Made by a program: the position numbers and the translations under genes | The notes under the pieces: generated by a model | Database searches by the model: none | What the model saw: only the letters and a program-made list of their open reading frames with translations | What the model was told of the DNA's origin: nothing | Assembly: GCA_964441245.1 (NCBI GenBank) | Contig: CAYTVR010000004.1 | Coordinates: 15,119-79,118, forward strand | Origin: an uncultured Saprospiraceae bacterium | GTDB lineage: Bacteria; Bacteroidota; Bacteroidia; Chitinophagales; Saprospiraceae | DNA: 64,000 nucleotides | Reading direction: 5' to 3' | In this document: positions 29,243-37,924 of the stretch, one piece after another | How the letters are laid out: the number at the start of each line of letters is the position of its first letter | Position numbering within the stretch: position 1 is the first letter of the stretch

Positions 29243-29361
29243 AATTATTGGTTTATGAACAATTGAATGCCCTTCAATGGGATCTAAAGTCATGGACTTT
29301 TAGACTAAATTTTAAGGTCTTTTCAAAAATAAGGTATTTTGAGGAGTCCTCAAAGAAAGAA

Positions 29362-29377
29362 ACGAACATTTGTTCGT
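29362..29377. promoter_or_regulatory. Perfect palindrome ACGAACATTTGTTCGT upstream of paaA (candidate operator)
   Basis: 7-bp arms with a 2-nt spacer, 69-120 nt upstream of the alternative paaA start codons. A second small palindrome, GAGGAGTCCTC, lies at 29341-29351. Confidence 0.35.
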
Positions 29378-29477
29378 ATTGTTTGGTAAAAGGGAAAATT
29401 TATTGGGAATTTGGTTTTTGAACCTGATTTTTAGTTGAATTCTGAATAAGATTAGCAGCCTTAATAAAAGGAGGAGC

Positions 29478-29684
29478 TTATTTTTGGATAGGACTTTTTA
29501 GCAGTTTGCCCGTTCCATTGCAACGGTTGCACTTTTCTTTGGATCGGACACCATCCCATGAGCCTTTTCCTAGGCAACGAGGACAATTGAGTTCTTTATC
29601 TGATCGAAGGAAGTAGGCAAAAAATTGATATAATGCGAAGCCTATTAAGGCAAAAATGATAAGTCGTATAATTATAAAAACCAT
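29478..29684 (-). CDS. Small membrane-anchored protein with a DnaJ-type zinc finger (2 x CxxCxGxG)
   Basis: An N-terminal TM helix followed by CPRCLGKG...CNRCNGTG. It lies 13 nt downstream of the CBM48 gene. Confidence 0.6.
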   Translation of the reverse strand: MVFIIIRLIIFALIGFALYQFFAYFLRSDKELNCPRCLGKGSWDGVRSKEKCNRCNGTGKLLKSPIQK

Positions 29685-29697
29685 AATTCGGTGAATT

Positions 29698-30669
29698 TTA
29701 TCTTACAAATAAAACGGAATTGACATAACCTCGCCAATCATGTTCTGTCATGATATTGTCGGGGTCGGTCATCCATTCGCCATCGACTATAAATTTGTAA
29801 AAATGCTTGCCTCCTACCAAATTTGTTTTGAAGGTCCAGCCTTCTTGTGATTTTTCCATCATCCAATGATTGCTGTCATTCCAATCATTAAAAGATCCTG
29901 CTAACTCTACTCTACTAGCGTCTGGAAATCCTTTTAGGGTAAAAACAACTTCTTGGGTGATTTCTAAAATAGAATTGAAGGTATTATGTTCGTTTTTGAC
30001 TTTTTTAGTATTATCAGGATCATCTAACCATTCGCCGTCAGCAATGAATTTGTATTCGTAACGGCCTGGATCTAAATCAAGTTGACAAGACCAACCATCC
30101 GCAACTCTTGTCATTTTTAATTGATGCTCATCCCAGCCGATGAAATCTCCGGTGAGGATTACTTGTCTGGTATTGTTCCATCCCTTTAGAAAGAAAAGGG
30201 CATTTCCGTTAGAGTCTGGTTTTACATCATACATTTTGACATTAAAGACTTCTTCCCAAAAAGGATCACTTTCTTTTCGTAAAGAATTGGAGTCATAATC
30301 CGGTGGCTTGATCCAATAGTCTTGATTGATCAAAAACTTTAGATCGCCAAAAAAAGGATCATCAAAATCTTTAATTGGTTTGCGCAGTTGGTAAATAAAC
30401 TGACTGACTTTTTTCATTTTCCAATGGTCTCGACTCCAATCATTGAATGATCCCGAAACAATGATTTCATTAATTTCAAAATCTTCAAATTCGAGTACAC
30501 CTTCTTCTGTTTCTCCGATTAGAAAATATTGTCGAATATCAAATTCAAAAACGACTTCCTCTCCTTCAAAATAATACGTTTTTAAAGAATCTATATCTTG
30601 AGCATTTGTCTCTATTACAAAAGAGAAACAAAATAAAATCATTGATATCAAAATTAAAAAACACCTCAT
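29698..30669 (-). CDS. Secreted protein with three CBM48/AMPK-beta-like (glycogen-binding, early-set) modules
   Basis: The signature occurs three times: GSFNDW...KF; GDFIGWDEH...YEYKFIADGEWLDDPDN; GSFNDWNDS...FYKFIVDGEWMTDPDN. An N-terminal signal peptide is present. Confidence 0.7.
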   Translation of the reverse strand: MRCFLILISMILFCFSFVIETNAQDIDSLKTYYFEGEEVVFEFDIRQYFLIGETEEGVLEFEDFEINEIIVSGSFNDWSRDHWKMKKVSQFIYQLRKPIKDFDDPFFGDLKFLINQDYWIKPPDYDSNSLRKESDPFWEEVFNVKMYDVKPDSNGNALFFLKGWNNTRQVILTGDFIGWDEHQLKMTRVADGWSCQLDLDPGRYEYKFIADGEWLDDPDNTKKVKNEHNTFNSILEITQEVVFTLKGFPDASRVELAGSFNDWNDSNHWMMEKSQEGWTFKTNLVGGKHFYKFIVDGEWMTDPDNIMTEHDWRGYVNSVLFVR

Positions 30670-31631
30670 GGTCGAAAATTACGTTGATAAAGATACACTT
30701 GTTTCCTTTTATAGTTAATAGCGACACGCAAAGGAAATAAAAATTCAAATCCTAGAACTCCATCTAATTGAACAGAACTTGTTTTATTGATTTGATTCAT
30801 GCTCATCAATAGGGTTCGCATGGGCTTACATTTTAATTGGCCACATTCTAAATCTTTTAAAAGACCTGCCAATACTTCGACTTTTCGGTTTCCCGTTCCA
30901 GATAAGTTAGCTCGCTTTCGAATCTCAAAATGATCCAATACTTTTCGATTCACTTTATGATGTAAAAGATTGAATTCTGCTCCAGAGTCCAAACCTAACA
31001 TTAGTTTTTTCTTACCTACTTTTGCCCGAACGATTAGGATATGATTTCGAACTTGTATTTTTAAACTATCCTCTGGACGCTCTTGATAAATATTTCCATC
31101 AATTTTTAATCCATTCTTATTGGTTCGTGAGAAAGTCAATTGTTTTTTGGCATAATCGATCATTATTTCAAAATCTTCATAGACTTTTGCGCCAAGCAGA
31201 CCCAAAATTTTTGTCTTCTTCTTTTCTTCAATATGAGTCATGTTAAATACTTCCACTAACTTATCAACGATTAAGTATGACTCCAATCGAAAGGTATCTA
31301 TTTGACCGTTATAAACTTCATCAATTCCACCAGTGACTCCTCCACGTTTATTACTAGTTAACAAGGCACTTCCTTTAAAATGATTGCTATTCAAAATCAA
31401 ATCTGGTGCACCAGTATCAAAAATAAAATTACCACTTTGGCCATCAATCATGGCCTGAACGATGATCAATCGACCTGCATTTTTAAAAGGTACGCGAAAG
31501 GTATTGGGACTTAATTGTTCTCGCTCAGTGAAGTGAAAAGACTGGATAGGAATAAACGTGTATTCCTTTTTTCCAGCTACTTCTCCAATGATAAATAGCG
31601 ATAATAAAATATTTAAGACAATGGTTTTCAA
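30666..31631 (-). CDS. Secreted tandem retropepsin-like aspartic protease (pseudo-dimer)
   Basis: Two catalytic motifs, FIFDTGAPD and LGLDSGAEF. Each is followed by a G-LG...ID/NY...L dimer-interface-like segment. Signal peptide present. 4-bp overlap with the downstream gene. Confidence 0.7.
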   Translation of the reverse strand: MKTIVLNILLSLFIIGEVAGKKEYTFIPIQSFHFTEREQLSPNTFRVPFKNAGRLIIVQAMIDGQSGNFIFDTGAPDLILNSNHFKGSALLTSNKRGGVTGGIDEVYNGQIDTFRLESYLIVDKLVEVFNMTHIEEKKKTKILGLLGAKVYEDFEIMIDYAKKQLTFSRTNKNGLKIDGNIYQERPEDSLKIQVRNHILIVRAKVGKKKLMLGLDSGAEFNLLHHKVNRKVLDHFEIRKRANLSGTGNRKVEVLAGLLKDLECGQLKCKPMRTLLMSMNQINKTSSVQLDGVLGFEFLFPLRVAINYKRKQVYLYQRNFRP

Positions 31632-33659
31632 TTAAATTTTTCTAAGAACAATTTGCTCTGAATTTTTTTGTATGATTAAGTTATAAAATTCTTGGAGTGC
31701 TTTATAATCTTCGTAAGTAAAAATAGTTCTATTAATTTGAAATTTACTAACAATCTGAATGGCTTCTTCTGTTTTGGTGACATGAAAAGTATATTTTGCA
31801 GCTTTCTCTGGTAAAGCAACGATAGAAATTTCGGGCAATTCTTCTACTTGATAGCCTTCAGGAATCATATACTTTACAGCAATCTTGTTATTTATAGGTA
31901 CTCCATAATCAATAGGATATTTTCGATCTTCCATTTTAAAAGGATTCTCAGTTGTCGACCACAATAATAATGGATTCAAATAAATAAAATCGCCATTCGC
32001 ATTGATTTGATCACTAATTTCTATGCTGTACTCTTCTCTAATATCTTTGGAGAGATCATTTTCATTTTCACAACTATATTCTTTTACTTCTAAGCCTTCG
32101 TATTTTTCTTCCAAATATTTTGTGTAACCTGCATCGTCTCCTTTTTCTTTTTTTCTTTTTCTAAAATAATAGGCAGAATAATCTTTTCGAACCGTTTTTA
32201 GTACTCCCGTTAATTGACCTTCCTCTTGTATTTCTACATTGACTTGGATGGTTTCTTTTTTTCCTGCTAAAGGTTCTATGGGGATCCAGTTGCCCTGTCC
32301 TTTTTGAATTAATCGACCTTGACCATTAAAACAACGTTCTGGAAGTAAAGAGGCTGGTAATAGTGGATCGGTTGCATCTAGTAGATAATCATTTTCACCA
32401 ATGGTCACTCTTGCGATCACATAATTGAGTTGCGACTCTGTTGGATGGGCAGGGTTGATGTATCCATGTGAACGAGTACTTAAACAAACTGGCTTTACTT
32501 CTAATCCTACTTCTTTCAACATTAGAATCAATAATAAATTAATGTCAGCTGAAGTTCCTTTACCTTTCTCATAAGATTTTTTCATATATCGTGTTCCAGA
32601 GGTCATTCGTTTATTCCATTTCACTTTGGTTTTTACAAAATTATGAACGGCCAACATTTTTTCTTCTGGAGTAGTATATTTTTCGGAAATTTGAGCAGCA
32701 TCCTCTTTGATCAATTTTCGTTTTTTTAAATTTTCTCCAAAGTAAGAGGATCCTAAAAATCTTGTATTGATCGCTTTCCAATCCAAGGTATAATGATCAA
32801 TTGACGATTGAGGATATTTAATCCAAGACAATTCAAAAGTCATAGCGGTTAGAAAATTTTGCTTGGAAGTCATATAAGCTTCCGATTTAAAAGCTGGCAT
32901 GTTTTCTACTACCCAACGAGAAAAGTTTGAAGTATAATTAACTTCTTCTATCCTTGCAGGCTGACCGACTCCTCGTCGAGCTACTTTATAATTAAATTTT
33001 TCAGGTTTTTCTCTACTCTCATTGACCACCATCTTATCCATTTCATATCCTTTAAGCGTCTTATTATAATTAAAATATTCAGGGATGTCTGTACGATATT
33101 CGCTTCGTCTTGTTGGAATGGTACTTTGAAATTTCCATTGTTGGAGATTAAAGAGAAAGTCTGACAAAAGGTTATATTTCACCTCTAAGATTGATCCTAC
33201 TTTCACCTCAGGCATCGCAAATTGTAGTACATCATAATTCTTACTGTGCTCTTCTTCAAATACTTGTTTTGAGCTTAGTTTCTTTTTGACCATTTTTCCA
33301 TTTTCCATGTTATGGGTGTAAGCCTTTAAGCCCACTATCTTTTCCTTTCCTCTTCCAGAGTTATATAAAAAGAATTTAAAATCAGACCATTCTTCCAAAC
33401 CTCTTTGATCTAAAATCTTGATTCTCACATGGCGATAAAAATTTAAATAAAATCCCTTATCTCCGCTTACATCATATTTAAATTCTGAATATCCAAAATC
33501 ATCCAAGATGACTGCATGCGCAGAGGAGTCTTGATCGTAAACGGTCATTTCTAAATCTTCTTTTTTAATTTTCCCAAATTTCATTGGGAATTTTTGACCA
33601 TATAAAAAAGTGCCTAAGAATAAAAAAAGTAAGGTAATGTAGATTGATTTAAAAGTCAT
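31632..33659 (-). CDS. DUF3857 / transglutaminase-like / DUF3858-type secreted protein
   Basis: Architecture and motifs typical of Bacteroidota DUF3857 proteins (the GTSADINLLLILMLKEVG transglutaminase-like core with Ser in the Cys position). The start was set at MTFKSIY (signal peptide). The stop codon abuts the next gene's start codon. Confidence 0.6.
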   Translation of the reverse strand: MTFKSIYITLLFLFLGTFLYGQKFPMKFGKIKKEDLEMTVYDQDSSAHAVILDDFGYSEFKYDVSGDKGFYLNFYRHVRIKILDQRGLEEWSDFKFFLYNSGRGKEKIVGLKAYTHNMENGKMVKKKLSSKQVFEEEHSKNYDVLQFAMPEVKVGSILEVKYNLLSDFLFNLQQWKFQSTIPTRRSEYRTDIPEYFNYNKTLKGYEMDKMVVNESREKPEKFNYKVARRGVGQPARIEEVNYTSNFSRWVVENMPAFKSEAYMTSKQNFLTAMTFELSWIKYPQSSIDHYTLDWKAINTRFLGSSYFGENLKKRKLIKEDAAQISEKYTTPEEKMLAVHNFVKTKVKWNKRMTSGTRYMKKSYEKGKGTSADINLLLILMLKEVGLEVKPVCLSTRSHGYINPAHPTESQLNYVIARVTIGENDYLLDATDPLLPASLLPERCFNGQGRLIQKGQGNWIPIEPLAGKKETIQVNVEIQEEGQLTGVLKTVRKDYSAYYFRKRKKEKGDDAGYTKYLEEKYEGLEVKEYSCENENDLSKDIREEYSIEISDQINANGDFIYLNPLLLWSTTENPFKMEDRKYPIDYGVPINNKIAVKYMIPEGYQVEELPEISIVALPEKAAKYTFHVTKTEEAIQIVSKFQINRTIFTYEDYKALQEFYNLIIQKNSEQIVLRKI

Positions 33660-34003
33660 TTTTTTGTGTTTTGTGTATGAACTCACTTTCGTGATTTTGA
33701 TCACTAATTTTGGAAAACAAATAATTATATCTTTTTAAGAAAAGAAAATCAGATAGCAAAGTATTCGTAATAACAATACTCTGCCAATCCATTCTATAGC
33801 TGTAAACAATTTTTAGGTGGATAGTCTGCTGACCTTATAAAAAGGTAAATATTTTTTAAAAATAGGGCGGTTATAAAATCAAATATATGATTTATGTAAA
33901 AAAAGAAGAAAATAAAGTGTTATTAATTCAGGATTTTCTCAACAAATAGTTCGGTTTTATATCGGTAGTGCTCAGGCGTCTTCCCGTTTCCATAAAAGAA
34001 CGG

Positions 34004-34561
34004 TTAGAATATAGGTTCCCATATATTCATGACTCTCATCAATGCAGAAAGGGTATGTGGATGTTGAATTTTATTTTCTTGAACTAGTTTTTTCACTTCT
34101 GATATTGTAATTTCTAATAGGTCAATCGACTCTCCATCATCTAATTCAGTATCGTTTGTTCGTTCTACATTTAGCGCAAGCCAATGATGTATTTTACTAT
34201 CCATAAAAACAGGATTGCTCTGTACTGCTCCTAAATATTTCCAATCATTCGAAGTGAATCCGGTCTCTTCGCTCAATTCACGGATGGCTGCTTGCTGATG
34301 GTTTTCGCCTGCATCAACTAATCCACCTGGTAACTCAATAGTTTCTTCTTGTACTCCAAAACGTAATTGTTGTACCAAGAGCATTCGCTGCTTTGATGTC
34401 ATAGCGATCACATTTACTGAGTCCTGACTTTCTAATACCAATGCTTTGATTACTTTTCCGTTGCGTTTGTTTTTTTGAAAATCATATCGAATTTTGAAGA
34501 GCGGAATTTCTGGTCCTTCTTCACTTTTTAAAAGTTGCCAATTTTCTTTTTCGGGTAGCAT
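34004..34561 (-). CDS. NUDIX hydrolase (ADP-ribose pyrophosphatase-like)
   Basis: Nudix box GGLVDAGENHQQAAIRELSEETGF. Confidence 0.85.
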   Translation of the reverse strand: MLPEKENWQLLKSEEGPEIPLFKIRYDFQKNKRNGKVIKALVLESQDSVNVIAMTSKQRMLLVQQLRFGVQEETIELPGGLVDAGENHQQAAIRELSEETGFTSNDWKYLGAVQSNPVFMDSKIHHWLALNVERTNDTELDDGESIDLLEITISEVKKLVQENKIQHPHTLSALMRVMNIWEPIF

Positions 34562-34724
34562 GGTGTTATGGTGTTTTGATGTCCAACCTTTGATTGCCTT
34601 TCGGCGGGATCTACGATTTTGGTGCTAATGATAGGGAATATTTTTATAAATGGGAAACTAATTTTCTTATAAATGGGCAAAGGCAGGCTGACTTGATTTT
34701 AAGTACCCAGATCAGTCTCTAATA

Positions 34725-34766
34725 AAAACTGTCAAATTCAGTACTTGGACTAAATCTGACAGTTTT
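34725..34766 (-). terminator. Rho-independent terminator of the large T9SS phosphoesterase gene
   Basis: The aaaactgtca / tgacagtttt stem has a T-run on the minus strand. Confidence 0.7.
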
Positions 34767-34801
34767 AGAAAAATGATCTTCTTTGAAATTCCTCTGAAAA
34801 A

Positions 34802-37800
34802 TTATCGCACAACTAAGATTTTTTCGCTTAATGTACCGCCTTCCGTTTCTAGTTTTACTACGTAGATTCCAAGTTCTAATTCCTCCGTTGGGATTTCGAT
34901 AAAAGGTGCTCTTGGATTGGAAACCTTGTACATTTTTTGCATCACACCTAATCTATCATAGACATAAATTCGTAAAAATCTTCTGGCTCCTGTTACATCT
35001 AGATGTAGTGCCTCTCCTGCAATAATTGGATTGGGATAAACATTGGCACTAAACTCATTGGATAGACTCGCTTGATCCGCTTCATCAGGATCAAAATTAC
35101 TTCGACTTCCAGCGCTAAAGCAAGCTTCTAATTTGAGATCATCAATAAAGACCATGTCTTCATCACAGGAGGCATCGCATCTGATTCGGATAACCGTTTC
35201 ATCTGTAAAATTAAAGCCAGAGATTTCGATAAGCGCTTCTTGTCGAATTAGATTTTCAAAATCACGACCTGAATTCCATTCTTCTACGATCTCAAAGTTA
35301 TCGCCTCCATCAAGTGAGACTTCTAATAAAAAATCTTCTCCATATTCCATATCATCAGCAATAAAAGTGAAATTAACGATGGCTGAATTGAAGGCAGATA
35401 GATCCAAAGGATCAGTATAAATGGAAGAAACGGATTTATTACCATCTCTCAATTCTATGGAAGTCTCTCCGCTTTTTGCCATATCGGAATCCCAATAATT
35501 TCGAATGCAATCCTCTCCTCCATCTCTCCATAATCCCCATCCACTTTCGAAGTCTACATATTCAACAGTTAGACAAGCCAGCTCTGGATCACATCCTCCT
35601 CGATCCTCATCCGGATCACAAGGATCATTATCATTGGGGTCATCACTGACACAAAATCCATCTCCATCTGCATCAACAAAAACACCTTCACAATTACATG
35701 CGGTATCATAGATATCATTGATCGTACAATCATCTCCATCATCACAGGCATTTTCGACAATAAGTCCATCACAGTCATCGCAACTATCAGGAATTCCATC
35801 TTCATCATCATCTATTCTATCATCAAAACCTGGGCAAAGATCTTGTGCGTTACAAACTCCATCATTGTCTGTATCTACAAATGTTCCTTGACAATTACAA
35901 TAATCATCTGTTTTGTCATTGATGGTACAAGGGTCGTTATCATCACAAGCAGAACCAGCTACTGGACAGGCACTGTAAGTCACACAAATCATCGGTGCTT
36001 TGCTGGAAGATTTATCATAAGATCTGGCTGTTCGTTCTCCTTCTCCTTTGATGATCAAACTGATCGCAGAGTTTTCGCTATAACTAGGCCGACTAACGAC
36101 TTCTTGAATAATAGAGGAAAGGTCAGGAGTTCGTTGATCTGGGCCAGCCTCATCTTTTGAAGTCCATGGAGCGGGTTCCCAATTTACTCGAGCATTGGTA
36201 GAAGATCTTTCGGTCAATTCATATCTTTCATCACTAAAAGAAACGGAATGATTAGCTGCTTCTCCATAAATTTGAAGTTTGGTAAAGACTGAATTTTTTT
36301 CATCAACCGTAAACTGGACTGATGCTTCTTCGATAGCGGCTCCTTGTGGAATTCTAAGATTTGGATATCTCAATCCAACAATCTGATTACTATTTCCGTT
36401 TTTCGAATCATAAGTCAATTCCAAATCAGAACTATTGTCTTCCATTTTCCCATTTTCGCCATTTTCTTCAACGTCATCTTTACTACTCGATATTCTTTGG
36501 CAAATCGTCGTATTTCCATTTGGAATTCCTTTACAGTTACAGTTGCCATCCTCTACATCATTAATGGTATTGCTGTCACCATCATCACAGCTAGTACCTT
36601 CTGGTGGGCAATTGGCTTCTAATTTTGAAATCGTAAAATAATCATCGATATTTCCATTTTCATTTAAAAACTGTACAGTCAATTCAGATCCTTCAACTTC
36701 TACAATCGTAGATCCTTCTGGATTGTCACTATAGTACATAATGGGATGATCAAAATCTCCACTCGATGTTTTTCCGGCAGTACCGGTAACGATATAAACC
36801 GTACCATCATCTACAGATTTTCTTTTTCGGTAACTACCATCTTCGTCTTTTCTTCCATTACCATTATCTAAAATCATAGAAGATTCTAAAGTATTCGATT
36901 TTCCATAATGTCCATGTGCCATGTGCGACCTTTCGTAAGAATGACTGTGTCCAGAAAGAACTAGATCAACTTTATATTTTTCTAGAATTGGAATTACATT
37001 TTCTCTCATATCTCGCATTCGTCCGCCGCTATCACCAGTATCATCCGAGTCATGACTTCCTTTCGTAAAAGGTGGATGATGAAAAAATACAATGATCCAT
37101 TCCTGATTGGTTGTTGATAAATCATTTTTCAACCAAGTCAACATAGGACCATCGACCTCTCGACTGACATCATCGGAGTCCAAAGAAATGAAATGTATAT
37201 TTCCATAATCGAATGAATAGAACGCTTCCGAACCTGAGGCAAGGCCACCTGCTTCAGCATTTTTAGGAAAACTAAAAATATCGTAATAAGGGCCAGTCTG
37301 GTTATATCCATCTGTGTAACCGTTGTCATAATCATGATTTCCTGGGCTAGCCCAAAGAACGGAATTGATTAATTTATCAACATACATATCTTCAAAAATA
37401 GCATCTTGATAATCGGAGTCGGTGCCATCCGGGTAAGCATTATCTCCAGTCATCAAGATCATATCCGTATGACCATCACCAACGTATTCGTAATAGGCAT
37501 CACGAACATCTCGTGCAGTACTACCACCCGTTCCACAATCTCCTAACACCCAAGCTCTATAAGCACCTCTTTCTCCTATTTGTGGTGATGTTTTAAAATA
37601 ATACGCTCTCTCTCCTCCAGCCAAAACTTCATCTTCATTACCAATGGCATAGTAATATTTTGTTTTGGAGTTTAATCCATCAATTAATATTTCATGATCT
37701 TTTACATTTTCGGAAAGATAGACTGTTCTGTTTAATGATTCAGGATTGGTCCCATACCAAACTTTTGAAGATGTTTTATCATCTGTTCTCCATTTGATGA

Positions 37801-37924
37801 TGATGCTGGAAGCTGTTCCACTTTGTAAATAGGGCCCTCGCTCCACCTTTTGTGCGTAAAGACTGGTGATTCCAGCCAATATCGTAACAATTAAAATACA
37901 TAATGTGTGCTTAAAAAAATTCAT
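34802..37924 (-). CDS. Secreted purple-acid-phosphatase-like metallophosphoesterase with Cys-rich/TSP3-like Ca-binding repeats, a MAM-like domain and a T9SS CTD
   Basis: Metallophosphatase motifs GDCG, GDNAY, GNHD, FFHHPPF and GHSHSYER. Three CDDGD..TINDxxDxxCNCxG modules. DxDxDG acidic repeats. A VDFESGWGLWRDGGEDC MAM-like segment. A C-terminal YPNP...VVKLE...ILVVR sorting domain. Confidence 0.8.
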   Translation of the reverse strand: MNFFKHTLCILIVTILAGITSLYAQKVERGPYLQSGTASSIIIKWRTDDKTSSKVWYGTNPESLNRTVYLSENVKDHEILIDGLNSKTKYYYAIGNEDEVLAGGERAYYFKTSPQIGERGAYRAWVLGDCGTGGSTARDVRDAYYEYVGDGHTDMILMTGDNAYPDGTDSDYQDAIFEDMYVDKLINSVLWASPGNHDYDNGYTDGYNQTGPYYDIFSFPKNAEAGGLASGSEAFYSFDYGNIHFISLDSDDVSREVDGPMLTWLKNDLSTTNQEWIIVFFHHPPFTKGSHDSDDTGDSGGRMRDMRENVIPILEKYKVDLVLSGHSHSYERSHMAHGHYGKSNTLESSMILDNGNGRKDEDGSYRKRKSVDDGTVYIVTGTAGKTSSGDFDHPIMYYSDNPEGSTIVEVEGSELTVQFLNENGNIDDYFTISKLEANCPPEGTSCDDGDSNTINDVEDGNCNCKGIPNGNTTICQRISSSKDDVEENGENGKMEDNSSDLELTYDSKNGNSNQIVGLRYPNLRIPQGAAIEEASVQFTVDEKNSVFTKLQIYGEAANHSVSFSDERYELTERSSTNARVNWEPAPWTSKDEAGPDQRTPDLSSIIQEVVSRPSYSENSAISLIIKGEGERTARSYDKSSSKAPMICVTYSACPVAGSACDDNDPCTINDKTDDYCNCQGTFVDTDNDGVCNAQDLCPGFDDRIDDDEDGIPDSCDDCDGLIVENACDDGDDCTINDIYDTACNCEGVFVDADGDGFCVSDDPNDNDPCDPDEDRGGCDPELACLTVEYVDFESGWGLWRDGGEDCIRNYWDSDMAKSGETSIELRDGNKSVSSIYTDPLDLSAFNSAIVNFTFIADDMEYGEDFLLEVSLDGGDNFEIVEEWNSGRDFENLIRQEALIEISGFNFTDETVIRIRCDASCDEDMVFIDDLKLEACFSAGSRSNFDPDEADQASLSNEFSANVYPNPIIAGEALHLDVTGARRFLRIYVYDRLGVMQKMYKVSNPRAPFIEIPTEELELGIYVVKLETEGGTLSEKILVVR

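Noticed and set aside
35133-36641. Cluster of plus-strand ORFs (95, 68, 105, 92, 67 and 68 aa) and a minus-strand ORF at 35569-35811 inside the 1040-aa gene
   Set aside because: These are shadow frames created by the repetitive GAT/GAC/TGT-rich (Asp/Cys) coding sequence of the phosphoesterase gene. Their products are low-complexity (Ser/Ile/Met runs).
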